Below are positions 12,342 to 22,329 of a stretch of 33,985 nt of DNA, piece by piece. The notes under the pieces were generated by a model, which did no database searches, had not been told where the DNA came from, and was given only the letters and a program-made list of their open reading frames with translations. Origin of the DNA: Octopus bimaculoides (Eukaryota); contig NC_068995.1 of NCBI RefSeq assembly GCF_001194135.2, positions 23,932,122 to 23,966,106 of the forward strand, in the 5' to 3' direction. The translations under genes and the position numbers were made by a program. Numbering within the stretch: the stretch's first letter is position 1; each line of letters starts with the position of its first letter.

Positions 12342-12482
12342 GCGCGTGCGTTGGTGCATGTGTGTCTATGTGTGAGTGTGTCTCGGTGTCAGAATTTGTG
12401 TGAGTGCGTTTGTTGTGTGTTTGTGTGAATGTGTCTCTGTGTCTGAATTTGTGTGAGTGCATTTATTGTGTTTGTGTGTGTT
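12288..12482. repeat. (GT)n microsatellite with a degenerate TG-rich extension
   Basis: Direct reading. Confidence 0.93.
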
Positions 12483-12887
12483 ACTAACCACAGTGCAAAA
12501 ACAGGATATAAACAATGTTTGTATGTGTTTGCTGATGTTTTCGCAAATAAATTTATTTTATCAAACTTTTTCATATACGTTTGGCTGACAAAGAAAAACA
12601 AACGTCTGCTACTTATTTCGGTACAAACTCCTGCTTCCTTAGTGTATTTTTGACTTTGCTGTTGTCGCAATTTTCATACATAGAAACGTTAAATATAAAA
12701 ATAGCATTCTTTGATCATTATTTTGATAGAAAACATACTGCAATTTAAGCAAAATATTATGTTTTGTGTTAATCCAAAAGAAAACTATAAAATTATTTTC
12801 TTCCATTTTAATCAGCAACATTTTCCAGAATTTTCAAAATTCATAGGTATACCAAGAACAAGCGTCTTGGCAAATGCAAGCTATTAC

Positions 12888-13050
12888 GCTGGTGGATTAA
12901 CAGAGTCGTTAGAGCGTCGGATTAAGTGTGTAGTGATATTTTGTTACGCCAGTTTTTCATGAGTTCGTCCATTTTCAACTCAACTTTATATCCTTCCAGG
13001 TTCCATAAAATAATGTACTAGTCAAGTGCTGGAGTCTATGTTATTTATTA
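12888..13050 (+). mobile_element. Diverged family C SINE
   Basis: ggtggattaacagagtcgttagagcgtcgga head and tatccttccaggttccataaaataatgtactagtcaagtgctggagtctatgt core align to the 3255-3441 copy. Confidence 0.6.
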
Positions 13051-14329
13051 TGCTATCCATTGTGGTTATATTAGGAACATTAATTATTGTTGCATTTGAG
13101 ATCATTGCGGGTGACAATGTTAATCCTGAGTATATTTTACCATGACTTGTAAAATAGGATAACTTTTTACATTTCCTTGCTAGGTACGCGTGCCGAAATA
13201 TTGAAATATAATTGTGAAATGAATTACTTCTACACCGATTTTTACTGTTCAGAATTTTAGCAACGATTAAAAATAAACGTTTCTTTCGATCAGATGAATT
13301 GTATTGATGTTATTGGATACTAGTGTGGGATGAAACGGGGCTTCTAATATGATCGTTTTATTTTATTTTATAAACGGATCCTTCAAATATTTTATTACCT
13401 CGTTGGATTAGGATTGATACATACTAAATCCATTGACATTCAAAATACATCTGTAGTACCGTTGTCTTAGCCAATCCTAGAGATTATGTTAGTCTTAAGC
13501 AGAATGCCGTTGATATCATAACGATTGGTTTGCTCGTTATTGATCTTACATGTAATGGTATTTTTGATATGTTATTAGTATTTACTGGATGATGATAGGA
13601 AGCTTACACCTATGTGTCTTTTGTCTGTCAAAGTGGTATCTATATTATCGAAATTAATCATATACACCCTGTTGCTATCATTTCTGATGGTTATCAGTAT
13701 ATATGAGAGTAGATTTTATGTGTTGTGAGCACAGAAAACTATGAAGAGATGTAAACTTATTTCTGTTTTATATTAATTTAAAACATGACCCAATGGCTTA
13801 CTTCGTCTTTTAACCTCTCAGATACCGGCTTCTAAGAAATATTCTATGGCATGTGAAGCGAAATAAAGAAAGAATGCGATTACAGGGAAGAAATTATGAA
13901 TGCTTAAATTAACTTTCGTATGCAAGTTTAATTGCAAAGAGTATGTAAGTTTTCAATAAAACAATGCTGAACATTATATTTCTAATTAAGAAGGGTTAAA
14001 GTTAAGACTGGCTCCAATCAAGTTTATTTTCTTTGAATTGTTAAGTCTTATATTCGACATTTTGTCATGTTCAGGATTGCATTTTTCGAGAATAATTATA
14101 GAGTTGTCCATTAATCTCTCAAATCTGCTTCTTCTTGGCCCAACATCAGGGCATGAACATATTAATTATGGGTTGAATAACAACCTAATAAAATATTTTT
14201 AATTGCTTCATTATTGTTAATTTCTTTATTATTATTATCATTATTGTTTCTCTGTATAACAGGTTGTGTTGGATCTCCTGCAGTCTTACATGCGTAGCGG
14301 GCGTGCTACCTGCACTATATCCATTCTTT

Positions 14330-15016
14330 TCAGTTATCACCCATAAATAATACGGTTTTTTCAATTGCATAAACTTCCTGCATCAATGTGCTATGAAAGC
14401 AGGTAGTAATTTTACCTTCTGCTTATTCTTAGTGCAAGTTTTGAAGAGTGCACTCCAATTTTAACAGTTACTTTTTCAAAGTTATAATGGAAGTGACAAA
14501 GGAACATATTAGGCATATTTTGCCTTATGAGTTCAATAAAGGCAACAATGCAACGGAAAGTGCGAGGAATATTAATGCAGTATATGTGGATCGGACAGTA
14601 AACATAAGTCAGTGTTAACAGTGGTTCCAGAAATACCGAGCCGGAAACTACAGCCTAGAAGACAAGCCTCCTCCTGGAAGATCGGTAGAGCTCGATGAGG
14701 ACGTCCTATAAATGCTGGTGGAACAAAATACCATCGTAACTGTTGAGGAAATAGCAGTGAAGTTTGGATTTGGTTATTCAACTAGTCATTCAAGTCAGCG
14801 CTAGAAGAAAACGACCATTTTTAGTTCCAAGGCAAAAGGTGTTCTTCCGCCAGGATAATGCTCGGCCACATACAGCGAGGATAGCATTTCAAAGGCCGGG
14901 GGAGTTTGAATGGGAAACGATGCCCTACCCACCATATTCGCTGGATATTGCCCTATTACATTATCATTTATTCCGCAGTCTTCAAAATCATTTGGACAGA
15001 AAAAATATGAATTCTC
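14330..15016 (+). mobile_element. Decayed mariner (Tc1/mariner) transposon with internal deletion; transposase pseudogene from 14487
   Basis: MEVTKEHIRHILPYEFNKGNNATESARNINAVY...QWFQKYRAGNYSLEDKPPPGRS (N-terminal HTH) then QDNARPH (14851-14871) and PPYSLDIALLHYHLFRSLQNH (YSPDLAP-like motif). In-frame stops; the first catalytic-Asp region is missing; putative left TIR near 14334-14360; no right TIR found. Confidence 0.9.
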
Positions 15017-15170
15017 TTAAGGTCAAACAACTGACAAGCAAATTTGTGGTATTAAGCAGAATATTTGCTGTAGCCCATCTTTTATACCAAGACAAAACAA
15101 TCTACATGGTAACACTTCCAATCAATTAAGATCGAAGCCATGAGAGCCACTGCCTGGTACTGCATCCGGG

Positions 15171-15171
<1 letters not shown>
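15017..15171 (-). mobile_element. Fragment of an AAT-flanked octopus interspersed repeat (unclassified), abutting the broken end of the mariner
   Basis: Reverse complement (aat)n-gcccggatgcagtaccaggcagtggctctcatggc...gtcagttgtttgaccttaa matches a high-copy octopus repeat recalled from memory; sharp junction with mariner homology near 15017. Confidence 0.55.

Positions 15172-15232
<61 letters not shown>
15172..15232. repeat. (ATT)n microsatellite
   Basis: Direct reading. Confidence 0.98.
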
Positions 15233-15233
<1 letters not shown>

Positions 15234-15419
15234 ATGCTGAAGCAATCACCCTATTACCGGGCTCCAAAAAGAAAACACGTTCTCTTGATTATGTAAAGAC
15301 GTTTCTCTTATTGTTTCAGTTTTAAATCACAAAAGTATTACGAGTTCTTTGATAGTCTACATCGTAATTTGGTTTTAGAAAAAGTCTTGTCTTACTACGT
15401 CGCTATTTGCAGTCCTTAC

Positions 15420-15504
15420 ACGCTTTGTGAAAGGGCTGCTGTAGATGTTGAAGAAAGAAAGGATCGCTGCAGTAGTTGTTACAATGACGTAAACAAACAT
15501 TTTT
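15420..15504 (-). CDS. Candidate coding exon (85 nt); either phase 2 to 0 KMFVYVIVTTTAAILSFFNIYSSPFTKR or phase 0 to 1 KNVCLRHCNNYCSDPFFLQHLQQPFHKA
   Basis: Acceptor ctgttattttatttAG, donor CGT|GTAAGG; two frames are open so the reading frame is ambiguous. Confidence 0.35.
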
Positions 15505-17264
15505 CTAAATAAAATAACAGTTTAGTTTTTAGAGCTGATATCAATTTTAAATGGTGTTCTACAAAAAAAGTTAGCTATATTCAGTTTAAGGTTGCTGTTA
15601 AGTTGATGAGTTATGAGGAATGGTAGCCTAACTCTGAGGAAGAAAAGCACTCGAACAGGTTAGCAACGATGTGATGTGTAAATATTATGCTGGTATAATG
15701 CCCTTATACCAGCATTATATAGATGTTGTAGTCGATGGTTGATGTTGTAGTCTTTTGTTCCGATACATTGAATATGTTGTTCATGACCGTAAAATTAGTC
15801 TGGCTCCAAGATACTTGAGTACAATTTAGATGGAGAACTGTGAAATAGTGTAATGGTATTTATAAAAACCCACTACAATGTATTTATGGCTATAAAAACG
15901 TATAATAGATATCAAAACAAAACGAGGCCAACGTGTAGCATTCCTACGTTACATGTTAAACGTACGTGTTTAAGAAATTCTTACCAGATCTAAGTTACGA
16001 AGCAGTTTTTTTCAAACGCTAACGTTGTGGAAAGAGTTAAGTCAGCCCCTTGGCTTAGCTCACTTCACAACTGTTGCTGAAGGTAGGAATTACTTACTAC
16101 TCCGGATAAATTGTTACTTCTCTAACTTACTATTATTTCGTAATTCTTTTTTAGTATTTTCTCATATAAAAGCTAGGTGAAACTGAAAATGAAGATGTTC
16201 GTTTAAAGTAGATTTGTTTAAATATGGGTGAGAGGAGACAGTATAATCCGAGTAAATGAGTGTATTTCAACATGCATTTATAGACCGAGGAAGACAACAA
16301 AACGAGTACACTTGCCCTTAGCAATAGGGTTTATGCGGGATCAGTGGGTTCACCCGTTTTTGTCCCTAATTTGGATATTTTGTTTCCTCTACCTTTATAC
16401 TGATATGCTTCATGCCTATTTTCTCCACTATTTTTGTAATATGTCTTTTTGACCCACCCTCATCGACCGCCCTTGTGGCAAATAAATGAATGGTTATTTT
16501 TTATTATCTTTTATTGTTAGTGTAATATCTACGAAATGCCTCATGATTTGTTTCTGTTTACAGCTATCTTTACAACATTTCCCAGACCCTACGTGATATT
16601 TAAACTCAGTGAACTTTTCAAGTACCCCTCCTGAGGGATTATCGTTGACCCTATTTCTTCACCAATCTCTACTTTATTCTATCAATTATGTAGTATCATT
16701 GAAATACCAATCTTCTCTATGTCCATGCCCATATTGCTCTGACCTCATTTCGAACATATTAAAAATGGAAATATTGCAATATTTCCAAATTTCATAAACA
16801 ATAAGTTTTTTTTTTATATATACCACTATTTTTTCACTGTTATCGCTGTTGTTGCTATTGTTTGTTTCGTATTTTAAAGTGCGTAAATAATTNNNNNNNN
16901 NNNNNNNNNNNNNNNNNNNNNNNNNNNNNNNNNNNNNNNNNNNNNNNNNNNNNNNNNNNNNNNNNNNNNNNNNNNNNNNNNNNNNNNNNNNNNNNNNNNN
17001 NNNNNNNNNNNNNNNNNNNNNNNNNNNNNNNNNNNNNNNNNNNNNNNNNNNNNNNNNNNNNNNNNNNNNNNNNNNNNNNNNNNNNNNNNNNNNNNNNNNN
17101 NNNNNNNNNNNNNNNNNNNNNNNNNNNNNNNNNNNNNNNNNNNNNNNNNNNNNNNNNNNNNNNNNNNNNNNNNNNNNNNNNNNNNNNNNNNNNNNNNNNN
17201 NNNNNNNNNNNNNNNNNNNNNNNNNNNNNNNNNNNNNNNNNNNNNNNNNNNNNNNNNNNNNNNN

Positions 17265-17385
17265 TAGAGGAGAGGAGGAAGAAGGGAGGAGGAAGAAGGG
17301 AGGAGGAAGAAGGGGAGGGGGAAGAAGGGAGGAGGAAGAGGGGAGGAAGAGGAAAGGAAAGAGGAGAATACAAAGGAAGTGGAGA
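17265..17385. repeat. Polypurine GAG/GAA/GGA low-complexity tract next to gap 16893-17264
   Basis: Direct reading; almost exclusively G and A. Confidence 0.93.
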
Positions 17386-17526
17386 TGACTGTCAACTGTG
17401 CTTAGACTCGTCTCTTGGTGATATTCAATGTAAATAATTCAAATCGACAGTTTGCGAACTAGAAACCTGGTGATGCAGAGAGTGTAGACTATGGCTAATG
17501 TGTAGCAGTGAATTATCACAGTTTAC

Positions 17527-17606
17527 AAATAGGCATGAGCTCCACCAAGCCCATACTTCACCAGTTCTTCACGCTCTGTCATTTTCGCATTTCCTTCCGA
17601 ACTCCA
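17527..17606 (-). CDS. Candidate coding exon (80 nt, phase 0 to 2): WSSEGNAKMTEREELVKYGLGGAHAY(L/F)
   Basis: Acceptor gtcatcgtattttcAG, donor GTAAAC; locally higher GC; joins in phase to the 15420-15504 candidate (TT|A = Leu). Read in phase 1 it would be a terminal exon (VEFGRKCENDRA*). Confidence 0.35.
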
Positions 17607-18015
17607 CTGAAAATACGATGACACAACGTGGAGGTGCGAAACCATAAGTACAAGAAAGCAATAGGACAAAAGGGTAAACCGTAAGTAGAAATGTTGAATT
17701 TCTGACCAAAATGAGTGCCTTGACCAAACTGAGGTCAACTGAGTTCAGGTTATCTTTATCTCATCTCAGTTTAGTTTAGATTGCCATGCTGCATCAGGTT
17801 CTATTTCTTTTGTGATATTGTAGCAGGCCCCTTTAGCTAAAATATCATCTTTGATGTGGGTTGATTAATCGCAAAGGGTACATATTTTTATATTCATAAT
17901 GTTTTAATATACATGTTTATTCTAGAGTGTATTACAGACACAGACCCAACAAATTTATAAAATGGACACTTCTAAAAACGACAAAAATATTTGAAAAAGT
18001 TTTAAAAATACATTG

Positions 18016-18016
18016 T

Positions 18017-18066
<50 letters not shown>
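18016..18066. repeat. (GT)n microsatellite
   Basis: Direct reading. Confidence 0.97.
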
Positions 18067-18068
<2 letters not shown>

Positions 18069-18349
18069 GTGTGTAGAAGGTTGAAAAGGAACACACGAGT
18101 TGATATACATGCAAAAAAATGTCAAAGTAGAAAATGCTAAAATAATTTTATAAAAAACATTTCAGTACCGGTTTCAGTCATTGAGACTTTTTCAACTCTA
18201 ACTATGGAAAACAATTAAATTTTGGAAAAATTAAAAGAAAAGCTTTTTAAAAGAAAATTTGCATAGTATTCAAATACAAGGGGCATTTTCCTTGTTTCTG
18301 CCTGTCTCTGTCTCTCTTGTTTACTCTTGTGGGTTTGAGGTCGTTGTGA

Positions 18350-18387
<38 letters not shown>

Positions 18388-18635
18388 TTTGCTATCTCGG
18401 TTTCAATGTTGATGATAAACCGAAGGTTAATTTTGCATTTTACCGGCAGCTTGAATCAACATTCATGGCAAGGGACATCGATATGTTATCAGCCTACTTC
18501 ACAAACAATGAATACAGTGGAAAGAGCTTCGATCTCTTAGCACGGATGCGGTTCTAGCGATGTTCAAAGTAAAATCTGTTTTGTCAAAACATAGAAATAA
18601 GACAGGCAAATCAACGTCAACACTGCTCAGTTTAC

Positions 18636-18762
18636 CTATTTCCTCAGAATAACAAAATTTAATGACGAGATATATTTCCTTGGAAACAAGGTCCTGAAGA
18701 GAAACAGTGCTTTTATAATCCACGATGTCATCTCTGACAGTAACACTGCAAAAGACGTAATT
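18636..18762 (-). CDS. Candidate coding exon (127 nt, phase 0 to 1): NYVFCSVTVRDDIVDYKSTVSLQDLVSKEIYLVIKFCYSEEI
   Basis: Acceptor atcatttctctattttAG (alternative gtcttttgcAG, exon start 18745), donor ATAG|GTAAAC; open frame shared with ORF 18499..18723. Confidence 0.48.
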
Positions 18763-20684
18763 CTAAAATAGAGAAATGATTCCGTAATCTGTAGCACATT
18801 TGATACAGTTAATATCATTGCATCGTTTCAGCAATAGTATCCCCAAAACTAATAACACTCAGGATTAATATATATCTTCCATTTCCTACGATCTATATTT
18901 TTTCACATTTATTTCTGAACAAATTACAAAATCAAGCACATTTATTTCCTCGACAATGTGAACACGAAATCCTAGACTAGAAATCGGTCTCTTCAAATCT
19001 CAGATATGAGGCTAGGTTTGCCAAAAACAAAACAAAGTCTCCTGTCAAGAACACAACTTGATTTACCTCAGAAAGCATATAACAACACGCTGTACTGAGT
19101 ACTAAATAGTACAAAAAATGTGGATTTGTGTTTCGTATAGTTCCTAATTTTGCGTTGTTAGGCCATAATTCGGAGTTAAACTAGAAAACAAAGTCATGGA
19201 AGTAATAGTCTAAATTACCAATTGAATTTCTCACCGATTTATCCAAAATAATATGTTTTATATGTTGAATAAACTCTCATAATTGTGGCTGAAAAACTGC
19301 TTGTCTACATTTGACTTTAAATTGAAATAGAATATGGAGGTGTCTGAACAATTAGTTATAATTTTAGTGATATAAATCATTCTTAAAACCACTGATGCTT
19401 AGTGCGTTATATTAATAAGAGGCTGCCTTATCATAGATTCCTTTTCACGTACATGGATATTCTCATGCTGATATTCATAACAAGCTTCCAGAGTAATACT
19501 GGTTGGTAGCATCGTCCTGAGTGATAGAGAAGAGTTCCTCGTTGCGGTCTTAAAAGGGTTTGTGTAGCTCACTGCTATGGTTGAGGAAGACAGCTAAGAA
19601 GTTAATTACGGTAATGTTTATTGCGATAGTGATTTTCAATCCTGCTATGCTGAAGAATAATATATTATCTCTTTATTGGCTCTCTCTAGCCTTTGTCTTC
19701 TAGGAACATAAACACAGCTAAGTTGTTCTCATTTTATAATTTGCAATTACTTGAAGTCGAATTTCCTCTAAACATGATTAGAGACTACAAAGTTAAAATA
19801 TCGCATCTGCCGCTCTGTCCGTCGAGCCTATGCTATCTTAAAAGAATTTGTTTGGGTTGAATTGGATCTTCTATACCACACTGAATCCTTATCGCAAAGC
19901 AAGATTATTTCATGTGATTTTCTCCATTTGTGTCACTCCTAACTGTACTACTATATAATAACATGAAATAAAATTATTCACAGCGAAGGGATTTGGAGAA
20001 AAACAAGTAGAGGACTACTTTTTCAAACTTCCAACATTTCTAAATTAGATTATTAGAATTTTTCTATTATGCCATCACTGAAGGTGAATGGTTTATGTAA
20101 TATCATGATTAATTTCATTAAATAGTAAATTACTAAGAAACCCAGATTCATGGTTAGAATAATTCTGCCTCCATTTTGGGTTCAATTCAGACCATCCTTG
20201 AGACACTTGGTAGTTATAGGTGTCTGGGCCTTAGCTAGTTACTTTCATCTAACATCAATTTCGTGCTGGCCTGCTATAATTTTGACTTTTCAATTAATAG
20301 TAATGCAGGTATATGGCTTGACTCTCATACATTTATGGGTTATATTCCTAACAATTATTATCTGTGTGCAGTACTGTTATTTCAGAGGATATATGTGTTA
20401 CTTCATTTTGTAATTTTTCTAAGTTATTGTCTTTCCTCGTCGACCATTTCGGCGATCTCTTCTCAATCTTTATAAAATAGAATTTCTTTTTTGGTTGAGT
20501 ATAAATGTGCACGCATCGTTACATTGCTCATCCTGGTATTTTTCATATCAACCTCTCGTGGTCAACAGATATTTATTGTAAGGATTTATAGGAAAATCTT
20601 GCCTTCTCCACTAGTCGCCAAAGACATCTGGATGTCCCGGAAGGATACTGTAGTGTAATCATGCATATATGTTCTACATATATA

Positions 20685-21110
20685 GGCGTAGGAGTGGCTG
20701 TGTGGTAAGTAGCTTGCTTACCAACCACATGGTTCCGGGTTCAGTCCCACTGCGTGACACTTTGGGCAAGTGTCTTCTACTATAGCCTCGGGCCGACCAA
20801 AGCCTTGTGAGTGGATTTGGTAGACGGAAACTGAAAGAAGCCCGTTGTATATATGTATATGTATATATATATATGTACGTGTGTGTATATGTTTGTGTGT
20901 CTGTGTTTGTCCCCCCAACATTGCTTGACAACCGATGCTGGTGTGTTTACGTCCCCGTAACTTAGCGGTTCGGCTAAAGAGACCGATAGAATAAGTACTA
21001 GGCTTACAAAGAATAAGTCCTGGGGTCGATTAGCTCGACTAAAAGGCGGTGCTCTAGCATGGTCACAGTCAAATGACTGAAACAAGTAAAAGAGTAAAAG
21101 AGTAAAAGAG
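20685..21110 (+). mobile_element. Full-length tRNA-derived SINE, family A (octopus-type), with internal TA/TG microsatellite and (GTAAAAGA)3 tail
   Basis: Pol III A box TGGCTGTGTGG (20695-20705) and B box GGTTCAGTCCC (20738-20748); 3' hairpin cagtca-aa-tgactg; tandem-repeat tail; collinear with the inverted copy at 7783-8178. Confidence 0.92.
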
Positions 21111-21259
21111 TATATATGCATACTTTATGCATCATTTGCGTTTATTTCTTTCACAGAATCTTAACTTCGAATTAGTAATGGAGCACACTGAAAAAAATTT
21201 GATTAAGTAAATTGTGATATCTTGTGGGTTTTATATGCACCTACTTGGTATATGTATCT

Positions 21260-21418
21260 AACACACACACACACGCACACACACATGCATACACACGCAC
21301 GCACACACATATATATATACATACATATATATATATGTACATATGTTCATCCATATACGTACATATATGTGTATAGATATAATATATATATGTAATATAT
21401 ATATATATGTATGTATAT
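21260..21418. repeat. Degenerate CA/TA microsatellite running into gap 21419-21574
   Basis: Direct reading. Confidence 0.9.
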
Positions 21419-22209
21419 NNNNNNNNNNNNNNNNNNNNNNNNNNNNNNNNNNNNNNNNNNNNNNNNNNNNNNNNNNNNNNNNNNNNNNNNNNNNNNNNNN
21501 NNNNNNNNNNNNNNNNNNNNNNNNNNNNNNNNNNNNNNNNNNNNNNNNNNNNNNNNNNNNNNNNNNNNNNNNNNATACATATATATGTAAGCTCATGTAC
21601 GGTTATACATATATACGCGTAGACGCGCGCACACGGATACACATAGATAAAGTTAATAATTCACATGTAAATGCATGTGCATATATGTAATGTATGAGTG
21701 TGTCTGTGTAGGGGCATGTGCATCTCTCATTATTGTATATGCTTGCATGTGTGCACATATGTATATAGAAGTGTTTATTCCGTACGTACTGTGGATATTA
21801 GATTAGCGTTATAGCTGTAGAGTACTCGAATAAAAGTGGGCATATTAGATTAGATGTGAAATACTTTTGTTCAAGTGGTAGTCAATGATATTAACAGCCA
21901 CAGTGTAAATAGCAATTCACATAACAGTCAACACTAATAAGTATATCCAACAGATTATTTTCGTGGTGTCAACAACACTCAGGGAATTAGCTAGAAATAC
22001 TGACAAATTCGTCGACATCAGCAACACCTTTGATATCAACAATATCAACGATGGAGAAAAAAAACTATTTATCTTAAAGCTAGGAATATTTATCTGCTTT
22101 AAGTGTGAAGAAAACAGTGATCAAGTAGAAGAAAGGAAAAGTTAGAGACATCATCGAAATCGTTATTATCACATACAAACTGTTACTGCTACGACTATTG
22201 ATACTACTA

Positions 22210-22274
22210 CTAATAATAACAATATAATACTAATAATAGTAACAATAATGATAATAACAACAACAACAACGACA

Positions 22275-22325
<51 letters not shown>

Positions 22326-22328
22326 GTA
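22210..22328. repeat. (AAT)n/(AAC)n microsatellite at the 5' junction of the Dong-like element
   Basis: Direct reading. Confidence 0.95.
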
Positions 22329-22329
22329 A

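Noticed and set aside
14161-14190. Possible mariner right TIR (attaattatggg...acaacctaata)
   Set aside because: Lies upstream of the left end, is interrupted, and has no transposase sequence before it.
17527-17606. Resemblance of MTEREELVKYGLGGAHAY to the calpain His motif (GLxxxHAY)
   Set aside because: Short motif only; no catalytic Cys (QG.LGDCW) or Asn (NPW) exon found, and the predicted next exon does not continue like a calpain.
20685-20760. tRNA gene
   Set aside because: A and B boxes are present but no full cloverleaf, and it continues into a SINE body; the same holds for the other SINE heads.
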